Origin: Alphaproteobacteria bacterium
Lineage (GTDB): Bacteria > Pseudomonadota > Alphaproteobacteria > JAAXGF01
NCBI GenBank assembly: GCA_963555825.3
Contig: CAUVXB020000002.1
Location: forward strand, 2,016,001-2,080,000
Direction of reading: 5' to 3'
DNA length: 64,000 bases
The notes below the pieces were generated by a model that saw only the letters and a list, made by a program, of their open reading frames with translations, was not told where the DNA came from and ran no database searches. Positions 55,522 to 64,000 of the stretch are shown one piece after another. Position numbers and translations under genes: made by a program. Positions within the stretch are counted from its first letter, which is position 1, and every line of letters begins with the position of its first letter.

Positions 55522-55650
55522 AATCTACCAGGCCGCGCCAATCTTATTGGGACAAGAGGGGGCCCGCCGACCGTTCGGCCAGTCCTTGTGGGATATAGAT
55601 CGGCGAGCGCGGCGATTGAGCGCAGGTCACCAAAGGTGACCGCACAAAAG
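55522..55650 (-). repeat. Family A repeat, copy 5
   Basis: Minus strand: GGTCACC-TTT-GGTGACC-TGCGCTCAATCGCCGCGC..TGGCCGAACGGTCGGCGG. Confidence 0.88.
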
Positions 55651-55652
55651 GA

Positions 55653-55802
55653 CTAGCGGTTCGGGCGGCCGAGGATGGCGGCGGCGAGATCGCGGCCGAC
55701 GGCGCCGAGATAGGCGCTGCGGCGGGTCCGTGCATCGACCGTGATGTCGCACCAGTCGTCGACCGCGCGGCCGGCGCGGGCCGTGCTTGTGGGCTTGGAC
55801 AT
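55653..55802 (-). CDS. Small hypothetical protein (49 aa)
   Basis: CAGGAG RBS 7 nt before ATG; MSKPTSTARAG..ARTRRSAYLG. Confidence 0.5.
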   Translation of the reverse strand: MSKPTSTARAGRAVDDWCDITVDARTRRSAYLGAVGRDLAAAILGRPNR

Positions 55803-55992
55803 GGCTTTACTCCTGAATGGCGAAGGATGACGCGGCGGCGTACGCCGCGCCCTATGGTCAGGAGATGGCCATCGCGGCCCGGCTTGCCAACGCCGATAGC
55901 GCAGCGCAGCAAAGCGCTGGGCGCATGGCTCCGGTGGGGGGTGCCGGAACGGTGAAGCGCGCCACGGCGCGCTTGGGGGTCGACCCCTCACC

Positions 55993-56269
55993 TTAGCCCG
56001 GACTTCTCATCATGGACAGGCGCGTCATCGCGTCGGGCGGTCGCCGATCCGCCAGGAGAAGGCCGCAGAGCGTAGCCTGGGCTACACGCAAGGTCTTCGA
56101 CGCCGCGGGCGGCCCGCCCGGCGCGACTCTTAAGGGCGGCGGATCTCGGACGGCAGGCCGCGTCAAAGCGCTTGCCCGATGCGCAAGCATCGTGGCCTGC
56201 GCGCTTTTCCTAGCCTGTCGTCCGATATCCGCCGTGCCGCACCTGTCCATGATGAGAAGGCCGGGCTGA
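55993..56269. mobile_element. MITE family B, copy 2, inserted in a CCCTCACC..CCCTCTCCC..GGGAGAGGG REP-like palindrome
   Basis: IRs GCCCGGACTTCTCATCATGGACAGG / CCTGTCCATGATGAGAAGGCCGGGC; flanks join to CCCCTCACCT..ACCCTCTCCCCC-GGCCA-GGGGAGAGGGT. Confidence 0.8.
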
Positions 56270-56319
56270 CCCTCTCCCCCGGCCAGGGGAGAGGGTGCGT
56301 GATTGGTGGGCCTGCTGGA

Positions 56320-56880
56320 TTATTCGTCCACGTCGGCCGCGACTTGCATTTTCACGATGACGTCGGGGTCGGCGACGGCGCCGTTCTGCGCGGACGAGCC
56401 CTTCTTGATCCGGTCGACGTGCTCCATGCCCTGCGTGACCTGGCCCCAAACCGTGTACTGGCCGTCCAGGAAGGTGGCATCGTCGAAGACGATGAAGAAC
56501 TGCGAGTCCGCGCTGTCGGGGCTCGCCGAGCGCGCCATCGAGAGGATGCCCCGGACATGCGGCTCGTCGGAGAATTCGGCCGCCAGGTTCTTTCCCGAGC
56601 CGCCCGTGCCGTCGCCGCGCGGATCGCCGGTCTGCGCCATGAAGCCGTCGATGACGCGGTGGAACTTGAGCCCGTCGTAGAAGCCCAGGCGGACCAGCTC
56701 GCGGATGCGGTTGACGTGGTTGGGCGCGAGGTCGGGGCGCATCTGAATCGTCACGCGGCCCGTCTTGAGGTCGAGAAAGAGGATGTTTTCCAAGTCTTGG
56801 CTCCACGAGGTCGAGGCGACGGCAAGGAATGCCGCGGCCAGGGTGATAGAACGAAGCAGCGACCGTAGCGTACGGTTCAT
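56320..56880 (-). CDS. Cyclophilin-type peptidyl-prolyl isomerase with signal peptide
   Basis: FHRVIDGFMAQTGDP, SMAR, SQFFI, LDGQYTVWG. Confidence 0.93.
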   Translation of the reverse strand: MNRTLRSLLRSITLAAAFLAVASTSWSQDLENILFLDLKTGRVTIQMRPDLAPNHVNRIRELVRLGFYDGLKFHRVIDGFMAQTGDPRGDGTGGSGKNLAAEFSDEPHVRGILSMARSASPDSADSQFFIVFDDATFLDGQYTVWGQVTQGMEHVDRIKKGSSAQNGAVADPDVIVKMQVAADVDE

Positions 56881-56928
56881 CGTAAATCTCTCCTGTTGTC
56901 GGATGTGAAGGGTCGCGGCGCGGGGCGC

Positions 56929-57297
56929 CTATTTTCCGGCCGGCTTGATCATGCGCCCCAAGGGCTCGCCGCCGAAGATGTGAATGTGCAGGTGCGGCAC
57001 TTCCTGGCGGCCGTCGTCGCCATTGTTGACCAGCGCGCGGTACCCCGTCTCGGCGATATCCATTTCGCGCGCGATGTGGCCGACGGCGCGCACCAGTGCG
57101 GCGATCTCGGTCTCGCTCGCACTCGTCGAGAAATCGTCCCACGAGACGTAGCGGCCCTTGGGGATGACCAGCACGTGGACCGGCGTCTGCGGGTTGATGT
57201 CGCGGAACGCGAGCACGTGCTCGTCCTCGTAGACCGTGTCGTTGGGGATCTCGCCGCGCAGGATCTTGGCGAAGATATTGCTGTCGTCGTAGGCCAT
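56929..57297 (-). CDS. hinT: Histidine triad nucleotide-binding protein
   Basis: IFAKILRGEIP, HLHIH. Confidence 0.9.
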   Translation of the reverse strand: MAYDDSNIFAKILRGEIPNDTVYEDEHVLAFRDINPQTPVHVLVIPKGRYVSWDDFSTSASETEIAALVRAVGHIAREMDIAETGYRALVNNGDDGRQEVPHLHIHIFGGEPLGRMIKPAGK

Positions 57298-57355
57298 GAT
57301 GTCTCGTGTTCCCGTCCCGAGTTAGCGCATTATGCGATCGATCCGAATTGGTCGA

Positions 57356-57510
57356 AATCTACCAGCCCGCGCCAGTCTTATTGGGACAAGCGGCGGGCCG
57401 CCGACCGTTCGGCCAACCTTGATCCCATAAAAATCGTCTTGATTCCATAAGACTGGCATGCGCGGCGATTGAGCGCAGGTCATCTTTACAACGTAAAGAT
57501 GACCGCACAA
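57356..57510 (-). repeat. Family A repeat, copy 6 (three loop modules)
   Basis: Minus strand: GGTCATCTTTACG-T-TGTAAAGATGACC followed by the core; modules at 57377-57390, 57418-57431, 57438-57451. Confidence 0.9.
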
Positions 57511-57514
57511 TGGC

Positions 57515-57847
57515 CTAACGTCGCGCCGCCTTCTCGTCGAGCCCCGGGGTGCCGAAACGGCGTTCGAGCTCGGCCAGCACCTCTTCGGGCGCGACGCCCG
57601 CGTCGGCCCAGACCATCAGCAGGTGCAAAAGCAAGTCGGCGCTCTCGTTGACGACCTCCTGGCGATCACCGCTCACGGCGGCGATCACCGTCTCGACGGC
57701 TTCCTCGCCGAGCTTCTGGGCGATCTTGGGCGTGCCCTCGGCGAGGCGTCGGGCGACATAGGAGGTCTCGGGATCGCCACTCTCGCGCCGCTGCTCGATC
57801 ACCGCAAAGAGCCGCGCCAGCACGTCGCCCGGGCTATCGCTCGCCAT
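57515..57847 (-). CDS. hisE: Phosphoribosyl-ATP diphosphatase
   Basis: [23 protein letters not shown]. Confidence 0.94.
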   Translation of the reverse strand: MASDSPGDVLARLFAVIEQRRESGDPETSYVARRLAEGTPKIAQKLGEEAVETVIAAVSGDRQEVVNESADLLLHLLMVWADAGVAPEEVLAELERRFGTPGLDEKAARR

Positions 57848-58238
57848 AGAGCGCCTCCGGGTCGGCGATCGGTTCGGCGAGCGTGACCAGCCGGCCGTCG
57901 GCGAGCGCGCGGAAGAAGCAGCTGCGCTGACCGGTATGGCACGCCGCGCCGGTCTGGGCGACGCGCAACAGCAGCGTGTCGCCGTCGCAGTCGATGCGCA
58001 GCTCGACCAGACGCTGGTGCTGGCCCGAACGTTCACCCTTGCGCCATAGCGCGGCGCGCGAGCGCGACCAATAGCAGACCCGGCCGGTCGCCAGCGTCTC
58101 GGCAAGGGCGGCGCGGTTCATCCACGCCATCATCAGCGTCTCGCCGGTGTCGTGTTGCTGGGCGATCGCCGGCACCAGCCCGTCGGCGTCGAAGACGACG
58201 GCGTCGGCGATCTCTTGGGGCAGCGGGGTTTCGGTCAC
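57834..58238 (-). CDS. hisI: Phosphoribosyl-AMP cyclohydrolase
   Basis: YWSRSR..LWRKGE.SG, DCDGD, ACHTG..SCF. Confidence 0.95.
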   Translation of the reverse strand: MTETPLPQEIADAVVFDADGLVPAIAQQHDTGETLMMAWMNRAALAETLATGRVCYWSRSRAALWRKGERSGQHQRLVELRIDCDGDTLLLRVAQTGAACHTGQRSCFFRALADGRLVTLAEPIADPEALYGER

Positions 58239-58335
58239 ATCGGCCTCCTCGTGGCGGCCCTGAGGTAGCAGATTTCGCCAGGCGGGGCTAGGAGCGAGAG
58301 CGCCATCGAATCGATTGGGATCGATCGGTTTACTT

Positions 58336-58448
58336 CAGCCCGCGACAGCGGGCCGCCGACCGTTCGGCCAGCTTTGATTCCATAAGATTGGCATGCGCGG
58401 CGATTGAGCGCAGGTCATCTTCACGAAGTGAAGGTGACCGCACAAAAA
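58336..58448 (-). repeat. Family A repeat, copy 7
   Basis: Minus strand: GGTCACCTTCACTTCGTGAAGATGACC followed by the core. Confidence 0.9.
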
Positions 58449-58465
58449 GTCCGCCGCACAACGAA

Positions 58466-59224
<759 letters not shown>

Positions 59225-59227
59225 GGT

Positions 59228-59953
59228 CTAGGCGGCCAAAAGATCGATGGCCGCGGTGGGGTCGATGCGGCCGTCGTAAAACGCGCGGCCGACGATGACG
59301 CCCGCGACGCCGTCGCCCTCGAGCGCCTTGAGCGCCGCCAGATCGCCCAAGCCTGCGACGCCGCCCGAGGCGATCACCGGCGCGTCGACGGCTTGCGCGA
59401 TGGCGCGCGTCGCGGCCAGGTTGGGGCCTTCGAGCGCACCGTCGCGCGCGATATCGGTGTAGACGATCGCCGCCGCCCCGGCTTGCGTAGCGCGCCGGGC
59501 GAGGTCGAGCGCCGGGATGTCCGAGGTTTCGGTCCAGCCGTCGATCGCGGCGCGACCGGCGCGCGCGTCGATACCGACGGCGACGCGGCCCGGGTGGGCG
59601 GCGCAGGCGGCCGCGACGAAGGCGGGATCGCGCACCGCGGCGGTGCCCAGCACGACCCGCGCGACGCCGGCCGCGAGCCAGGCTTCGAGGACGCCAAGGT
59701 CGCGCACGCCGCCGCCCAGCTGGACCGGCACCTCGACCGCCGAGACGATCGCCTCGATGGCGTCGCGATTGACCGGCCGGCCGGCGAAAGCACCGTCGAG
59801 GTCGACGACATGGAGCCACTGGCAGCCGGCTTCAGCGAAGGCGCGCGCTTGCGCCGCCGGGTCGTCGGCGTAAACCGTCGCCTGCGCCATGTCGCCGCGC
59901 AGCAGGCGGACGCAGGCGCCGTCCTTGAGATCGATCGCCGGGTAGAGGATCAC
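59228..59953 (-). CDS. hisA: ProFAR isomerase
   Basis: [24 protein letters not shown]. Confidence 0.96.
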   Translation of the reverse strand: MILYPAIDLKDGACVRLLRGDMAQATVYADDPAAQARAFAEAGCQWLHVVDLDGAFAGRPVNRDAIEAIVSAVEVPVQLGGGVRDLGVLEAWLAAGVARVVLGTAAVRDPAFVAAACAAHPGRVAVGIDARAGRAAIDGWTETSDIPALDLARRATQAGAAAIVYTDIARDGALEGPNLAATRAIAQAVDAPVIASGGVAGLGDLAALKALEGDGVAGVIVGRAFYDGRIDPTAAIDLLAA

Positions 59954-60501
59954 GCCAGGCGCTTGGTGTAGAATTGGCCGGCGATCGTCTCGCCGCCGAC
60001 ACGGGCGTACGCCGGGTGGCTGCCCCAGCGTTGGTAGCCGAGGCCCTCGTAGAGCGTGATCGCGGCCTCTTGCGTCTCGCGCACGTCGAGGTTCATGACC
60101 TCGAAGCCATCATCCCTTGCGGCGCGCTCGACCGCCTCGACGAGACCGCGGGCGAGGCCATGGCCGCGCGCCCAGGGCGCCACGAACTGGGTCGTCAGCG
60201 TCACGGCGAAGGACGAGGATTCCTGGTTCGGCGCCGGCTTGGCAAGCTGCGCCGAGGCGGCGATGACGCCGTCGAGCCGGCCGACGAAGATTTCGCGCCG
60301 GGGCATCACCAGCACGCCGCGCCAGTAGCTCTCGAGTGTCGCGCGCGGCGGCGGGGTCAGCCAGCCGAAGCCGTTGCCGTCGACGATCGCGGCCTCGGCG
60401 GCGTCGCACAGGTCTTCCATGTCGCCGCGGCCGAGTTCGGTGATGTGTTCGACGAAGACCGAGACGGGGGGTTCGATTGCGTGTGTGCTCACGGTGTCCA
60501 A
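59950..60501 (-). CDS. GNAT-family N-acetyltransferase
   Basis: [25 protein letters not shown]. Confidence 0.88.
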   Translation of the reverse strand: MDTVSTHAIEPPVSVFVEHITELGRGDMEDLCDAAEAAIVDGNGFGWLTPPPRATLESYWRGVLVMPRREIFVGRLDGVIAASAQLAKPAPNQESSSFAVTLTTQFVAPWARGHGLARGLVEAVERAARDDGFEVMNLDVRETQEAAITLYEGLGYQRWGSHPAYARVGGETIAGQFYTKRLA

Positions 60502-61127
60502 CTCAGAAAATTGGCGAGCAGGCGCAAACCGGCGGCCTGGCTCTTCTCGGGGTGAAACTGAACGCCGGCCAGGTTGTCATGGGCGACCATGGCGGTGACC
60601 GGCCCGCCATAATCGGCATTCGCCAGCACCGCGCCCGGCTCGGCCGCGCGCAGGTGATAGCCATGCATGAAATACATATGCGCGCCGTCCTCGATGCCGG
60701 CTAGGAGCGGGTGCGCCGCCGCGATGCTCAGCTCGTTCCAACCCATATGCGGCACCTTCAATCCGCCTCCGGGCGCCAGCCTGACGACGTCGCCGCGAAG
60801 CCACCCCAAGCCAGCGGATTCACCGTGCTCGAGGCCGCGTGACGCCATCAGCTGCATGCCGACGCAAATGCCGAGGAAGGGCCGGCGCCGGCCGATCACC
60901 GCCTCGCGCAGCGCGTCGGCGAGGCCGGGCCGCTGAGCCAGCGCCGCCATGCAATCGCCGAAGGCGCCGACGCCGGGCAGCACGATGCGCTCGGCCTCGC
61001 TCAGCACCCGCGCCTCGCCGCTCACCGTTACCGACGCGCCTGAGCCGCCCTCGACCGCCGCGCGCGCGAGCGCCTTGGCGGCCGATCGCAGGTTGCCCGA
61101 GCCATAATCGACGACGACGACGTTCAC
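60489..61127 (-). CDS. hisH: Imidazole glycerol phosphate synthase glutaminase subunit
   Basis: VDYGSGNL, LPGVGAF, GICVGMQ, QFHPEKS. Confidence 0.96.
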   Translation of the reverse strand: MNVVVVDYGSGNLRSAAKALARAAVEGGSGASVTVSGEARVLSEAERIVLPGVGAFGDCMAALAQRPGLADALREAVIGRRRPFLGICVGMQLMASRGLEHGESAGLGWLRGDVVRLAPGGGLKVPHMGWNELSIAAAHPLLAGIEDGAHMYFMHGYHLRAAEPGAVLANADYGGPVTAMVAHDNLAGVQFHPEKSQAAGLRLLANFLSWTP

Positions 61128-61510
61128 CGCGCCAATGCGCCCCTGAGCTCGAAGAAACGTTGCTCGGCGGCGACCCGGTTGCGGCCGAGGACGACGCCGG
61201 CGTCGAGATGGCCGCGCCGCGCCAAGCGCGCGCGGCGCCAATCGTTGGCGCTGAAACCGACGACCACGTGATAGCCGATGAGCAGCGCCGCCCATGTCAC
61301 CGGATCGAAGCCGATCCAGGCGTTGAGGCTCGCCATCGCGATCTCGACGACCAGCAGCACCGCGGCCCAGACCCAGAGCCCGCGCCAGGCCGCCCACAAC
61401 ACGGTGAACAACGCCGCGCCCCACGAGAACCCTTCGCGCAGGAAGACCGCGCCCTGGTCGTCCTCGTGCGACACCGGGTCGGTCTGCACGGTGTAAAGCC
61501 GCGTTCTCAT
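61124..61510 (-). CDS. DUF2628-like membrane protein
   Basis: EGFSWGA, hydrophobic core, AEQRFF; position between hisB and hisH. Confidence 0.8.
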   Translation of the reverse strand: MRTRLYTVQTDPVSHEDDQGAVFLREGFSWGAALFTVLWAAWRGLWVWAAVLLVVEIAMASLNAWIGFDPVTWAALLIGYHVVVGFSANDWRRARLARRGHLDAGVVLGRNRVAAEQRFFELRGALAR

Positions 61511-62118
61511 GTCTCGTCGTCCGTCGCGCTCTCCAGGCTGCCCTTGGTCGAGGGCACCTGGCCGGCCTCGCGCGGATCGATTGCGATCGCCTGGCGCAGC
61601 GCCCGGGCGAGGCCCTTGAAGCAGCTCTCGATGATGTGGTGGTTGTTGACGCCATAGAGGTTCTCGACGTGCAGCGTCAGCCCGGCGTGCTGGGCGAAGG
61701 CCTGGAACCATTCCTTGAACAGCTCGGTGTCGATGTCGCCGAGTTGCGTGCGCGTGAATTCGACCCGCCATACCAGATAGGGCCGGTTCGAGGCGTCCAG
61801 CGAGACCCGCGTGCACGTCTCGTCCATCGGGATGACCGTGGCGCCGTAGCGCGTGATGCCCTTGCGGGCCCCGAGCGCCTTCGAGATTGCCTGGCCCAGC
61901 GCGATCGCCGAATCCTCGGTCGTGTGGTGGCCGTCGATGTGCAGATCGCCCTTCACCGTGAGCGCGATGTCGATCAGACTGTGGCGCGACAGCTGCTCGA
62001 TCATGTGGTCGAGAAAGCCGATGCCGGTCGAGACCTCATAGGCGCCCGTGCCGTCGAGCTCGACGGTCGCGCTGATCTCGGTTTCCTTGGTGGCGCGCGC
62101 GACGCTCGCCTGGCGCAT
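61507..62118 (-). CDS. hisB: Imidazoleglycerol-phosphate dehydratase
   Basis: [29 protein letters not shown]. Confidence 0.96.
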   Translation of the reverse strand: MRQASVARATKETEISATVELDGTGAYEVSTGIGFLDHMIEQLSRHSLIDIALTVKGDLHIDGHHTTEDSAIALGQAISKALGARKGITRYGATVIPMDETCTRVSLDASNRPYLVWRVEFTRTQLGDIDTELFKEWFQAFAQHAGLTLHVENLYGVNNHHIIESCFKGLARALRQAIAIDPREAGQVPSTKGSLESATDDET

Positions 62119-62218
62119 GACCCGATCCCCGATGTGAGAAAGCGGGCGCTCTTCTAGCAGGTCAGAGGATGAATCACCAGCCCGTTGGCGCGGACCGGCC
62201 ATGTGCGAGCGCCGTTCC

Positions 62219-62246
62219 CTTGACGCCGGGGCCCAAACACCCACAT
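62219..62246 (+). promoter_or_regulatory. Putative RpoH promoter of hslVU
   Basis: CTTGAC-N15-CCCACAT upstream of hslV. Confidence 0.5.
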
Positions 62247-62296
62247 GCTGGGGACGCAAACCGGGGATGCCGACCACCCCAAACAGTCGAGACGCG

Positions 62297-62875
62297 ATGA
62301 CCCAAGAAACCCAGACGCCGTGGCACGGCACGACGATCATTTGCGTGCGCAAGGGCAATTCCGTTGTCGTCGCCGGCGACGGCCAGGTGACCATGGGCGC
62401 GACCGTCGTCAAGGCGGGCGCGCGTAAGCTCCGCCGTCTCGGCGAGGGCCGCATCATCGCCGGTTTCGCCGGCGCCACGGCCGACGCCTTCACCCTGTTC
62501 GAACGGCTCGAGGCCAAGCTGGAGCGCCACCCGGCGCAGTTGACGCGCGCCTGCGTCGAGCTCGCCAAGGACTGGCGCACCGACCGCTACCTGCGCCGGC
62601 TCGAGGCGCTGATGGCGGTCGCCGACGCCAAGACCTCGCTGCTCTTGAGCGGCACCGGCGACGTGCTCGAGCCCGACGACGGCATCGTCGCGATCGGCTC
62701 GGGCGGCAACTACGCGCTCGCCGCGGCGCGCGCGCTAATCGACCGCGACGATCTCGACGCCGAGGCGATCGCGCGCAAGGCGATGGCGATCACCGCCGAG
62801 ATCTGCATCTACACCAATACCGAGGTCACGCTCGAGAAGCTCGATTTCGACGCGCAAGGATCGAGCGAGCGATGA
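62297..62875 (+). CDS. hslV: ATP-dependent protease subunit HslV
   Basis: [24 protein letters not shown]. Confidence 0.96.
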   Translation: MTQETQTPWHGTTIICVRKGNSVVVAGDGQVTMGATVVKAGARKLRRLGEGRIIAGFAGATADAFTLFERLEAKLERHPAQLTRACVELAKDWRTDRYLRRLEALMAVADAKTSLLLSGTGDVLEPDDGIVAIGSGGNYALAAARALIDRDDLDAEAIARKAMAITAEICIYTNTEVTLEKLDFDAQGSSER

Positions 62876-64000
62876 CCGCCTTCAGCCCGCGCGAGATCGT
62901 CTCCGAGCTCGACCGCTTCATCGTCGGCCAGAACGACGCCAAGCGCGCCGTCGCCATCGCGTTGCGCAACCGCTGGCGGCGCCAGCAGCTCGACGACGAG
63001 ATGCGCGAGGAGGTGCTGCCGAAGAACATCCTGATGATCGGTCCGACCGGCGTCGGCAAGACCGAGATCGCGCGTCGCCTGGCGCGCCTCGCCCACGCGC
63101 CGTTCCTGAAAGTCGAGGCGACCAAGTTCACCGAGGTCGGTTATGTCGGGCGCGACGTCGAGCAGATCGTCCGCGACCTGGTCGAGATCGCCATTTCGAT
63201 GACGCGCGAGCAGATGCGCAAGGAGGTCACGGCCAAGGCCGAGATGAACGCCGAGGAACGCGTGCTCGACGCCCTGGTCGGCCAATCGGCGTCGGCCGAG
63301 ACGCGTCAGAAGTTCCGCAAGATGCTGCGCGAGGGCCAGCTCGCCGACAAGGAGATCGAGGTCGAGGTCTCCGAATCGGGCGCCGGCGGGTTGCCGACCT
63401 TCGACATCCCCGGAATGCCCGGCGCGCAGATGGGCATGATCAATCTGAACGACATGTTCGGCAAGGCGTTCGGCCAGCGCACCACGGCCAAGAAGATGCT
63501 GGTCGGCGATTCCTACGAAGTGCTGATCGCCGAGGAGAGCGACAAGCTGTTGGACGAGGACAGTATCGTCAAGACGTCGATCGACCTGGTCGAACAGAAC
63601 GGCATCGTGTTCCTCGACGAGATCGACAAGATCTGCGCGCGCTCGGAACGCGTCGGCGCCGACGTCAGCCGCGAAGGCGTGCAGCGCGACCTGCTGCCGC
63701 TGATCGAGGGCACCACGGTCGCGACCAAGCACGGCCCGGTCAAGACCGACCACATCCTGTTCATCGCCTCGGGCGCGTTCCACCTCGCCAAGCCCTCGGA
63801 CCTGCTGCCCGAACTCCAGGGCCGGCTGCCGATCCGCGTCTCGCTCAAGGCGCTCGACGCCGGCGACCTCAAGCGCATCCTGGTCGAGCCCGAGGCGAGC
63901 CTAGTCAAGCAATATGTCGCGCTCCTCGGCACCGAGCAGGTCACGCTCGACTTCGCCGACGAGGCGATCGACGAGATCGCGACGCTCGCCGCCGAGATCA
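62872..64000 (+). CDS. hslU: ATP-dependent protease ATPase HslU (runs off window end)
   Basis: Translated by hand: [54 protein letters not shown]. Confidence 0.96.
   Translation, partial: MTAFSPREIVSELDRFIVGQNDAKRAVAIALRNRWRRQQLDDEMREEVLPKNILMIGPTGVGKTEIARRLARLAHAPFLKVEATKFTEVGYVGRDVEQIVRDLVEIAISMTREQMRKEVTAKAEMNAEERVLDALVGQSASAETRQKFRKMLREGQLADKEIEVEVSESGAGGLPTFDIPGMPGAQMGMINLNDMFGKAFGQRTTAKKMLVGDSYEVLIAEESDKLLDEDSIVKTSIDLVEQNGIVFLDEIDKICARSERVGADVSREGVQRDLLPLIEGTTVATKHGPVKTDHILFIASGAFHLAKPSDLLPELQGRLPIRVSLKALDAGDLKRILVEPEASLVKQYVALLGTEQVTLDFADEAIDEIATLAAEI

Overview
GC-rich alphaproteobacterial chromosome segment (Rhodospirillales-like gene order, by inference). The housekeeping backbone comprises maeB, ald, nth, dapB-dnaJ-dnaK-grpE-hrcA, rph-rdgB-hemW, lpoA-like/rsmI/yraN/BON/gshB, comM(yifB), hisBHAFIE-hinT and hslVU. 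It is interrupted by small accessory islands at about 0-3.9 kb, 11.3-19.6 kb, 44.6-48.9 kb and 52.9-54.9 kb. The most striking signals are non-coding. (1) A family of ~28-30 bp imperfect palindromes (ATGTCCGCTTT...AAGCGGACAT-like) marks the borders of three islands and the gaps between their cargo genes, and I did not see it in the core stretches; this suggests an unrecognised gene-cassette system. (2) IS1182-family elements sit in the GGTC centre of two of these palindromes, and each is itself interrupted in the equivalent terminal IR. One carries an IS1111/IS110 element whose downstream non-coding region holds four readable bridge/seekRNA guide segments matching its target and circle junction; the other carries a head-to-tail IS630 dimer. 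(3) A 7-copy structured repeat always lies in sense orientation just after stop codons and carries a 14-bp loop module found in both orientations. (4) Paired AT-rich 8-7-8 dyad sites resemble recombinase or DNA-binding sites. Also present: an ISKra4-like insertion that supplies a new in-frame start codon to the gene it interrupts, and a decayed anti-phage dCTP deaminase with a small downstream ORF. All calls come from reading the sequence by eye; no searches were run.
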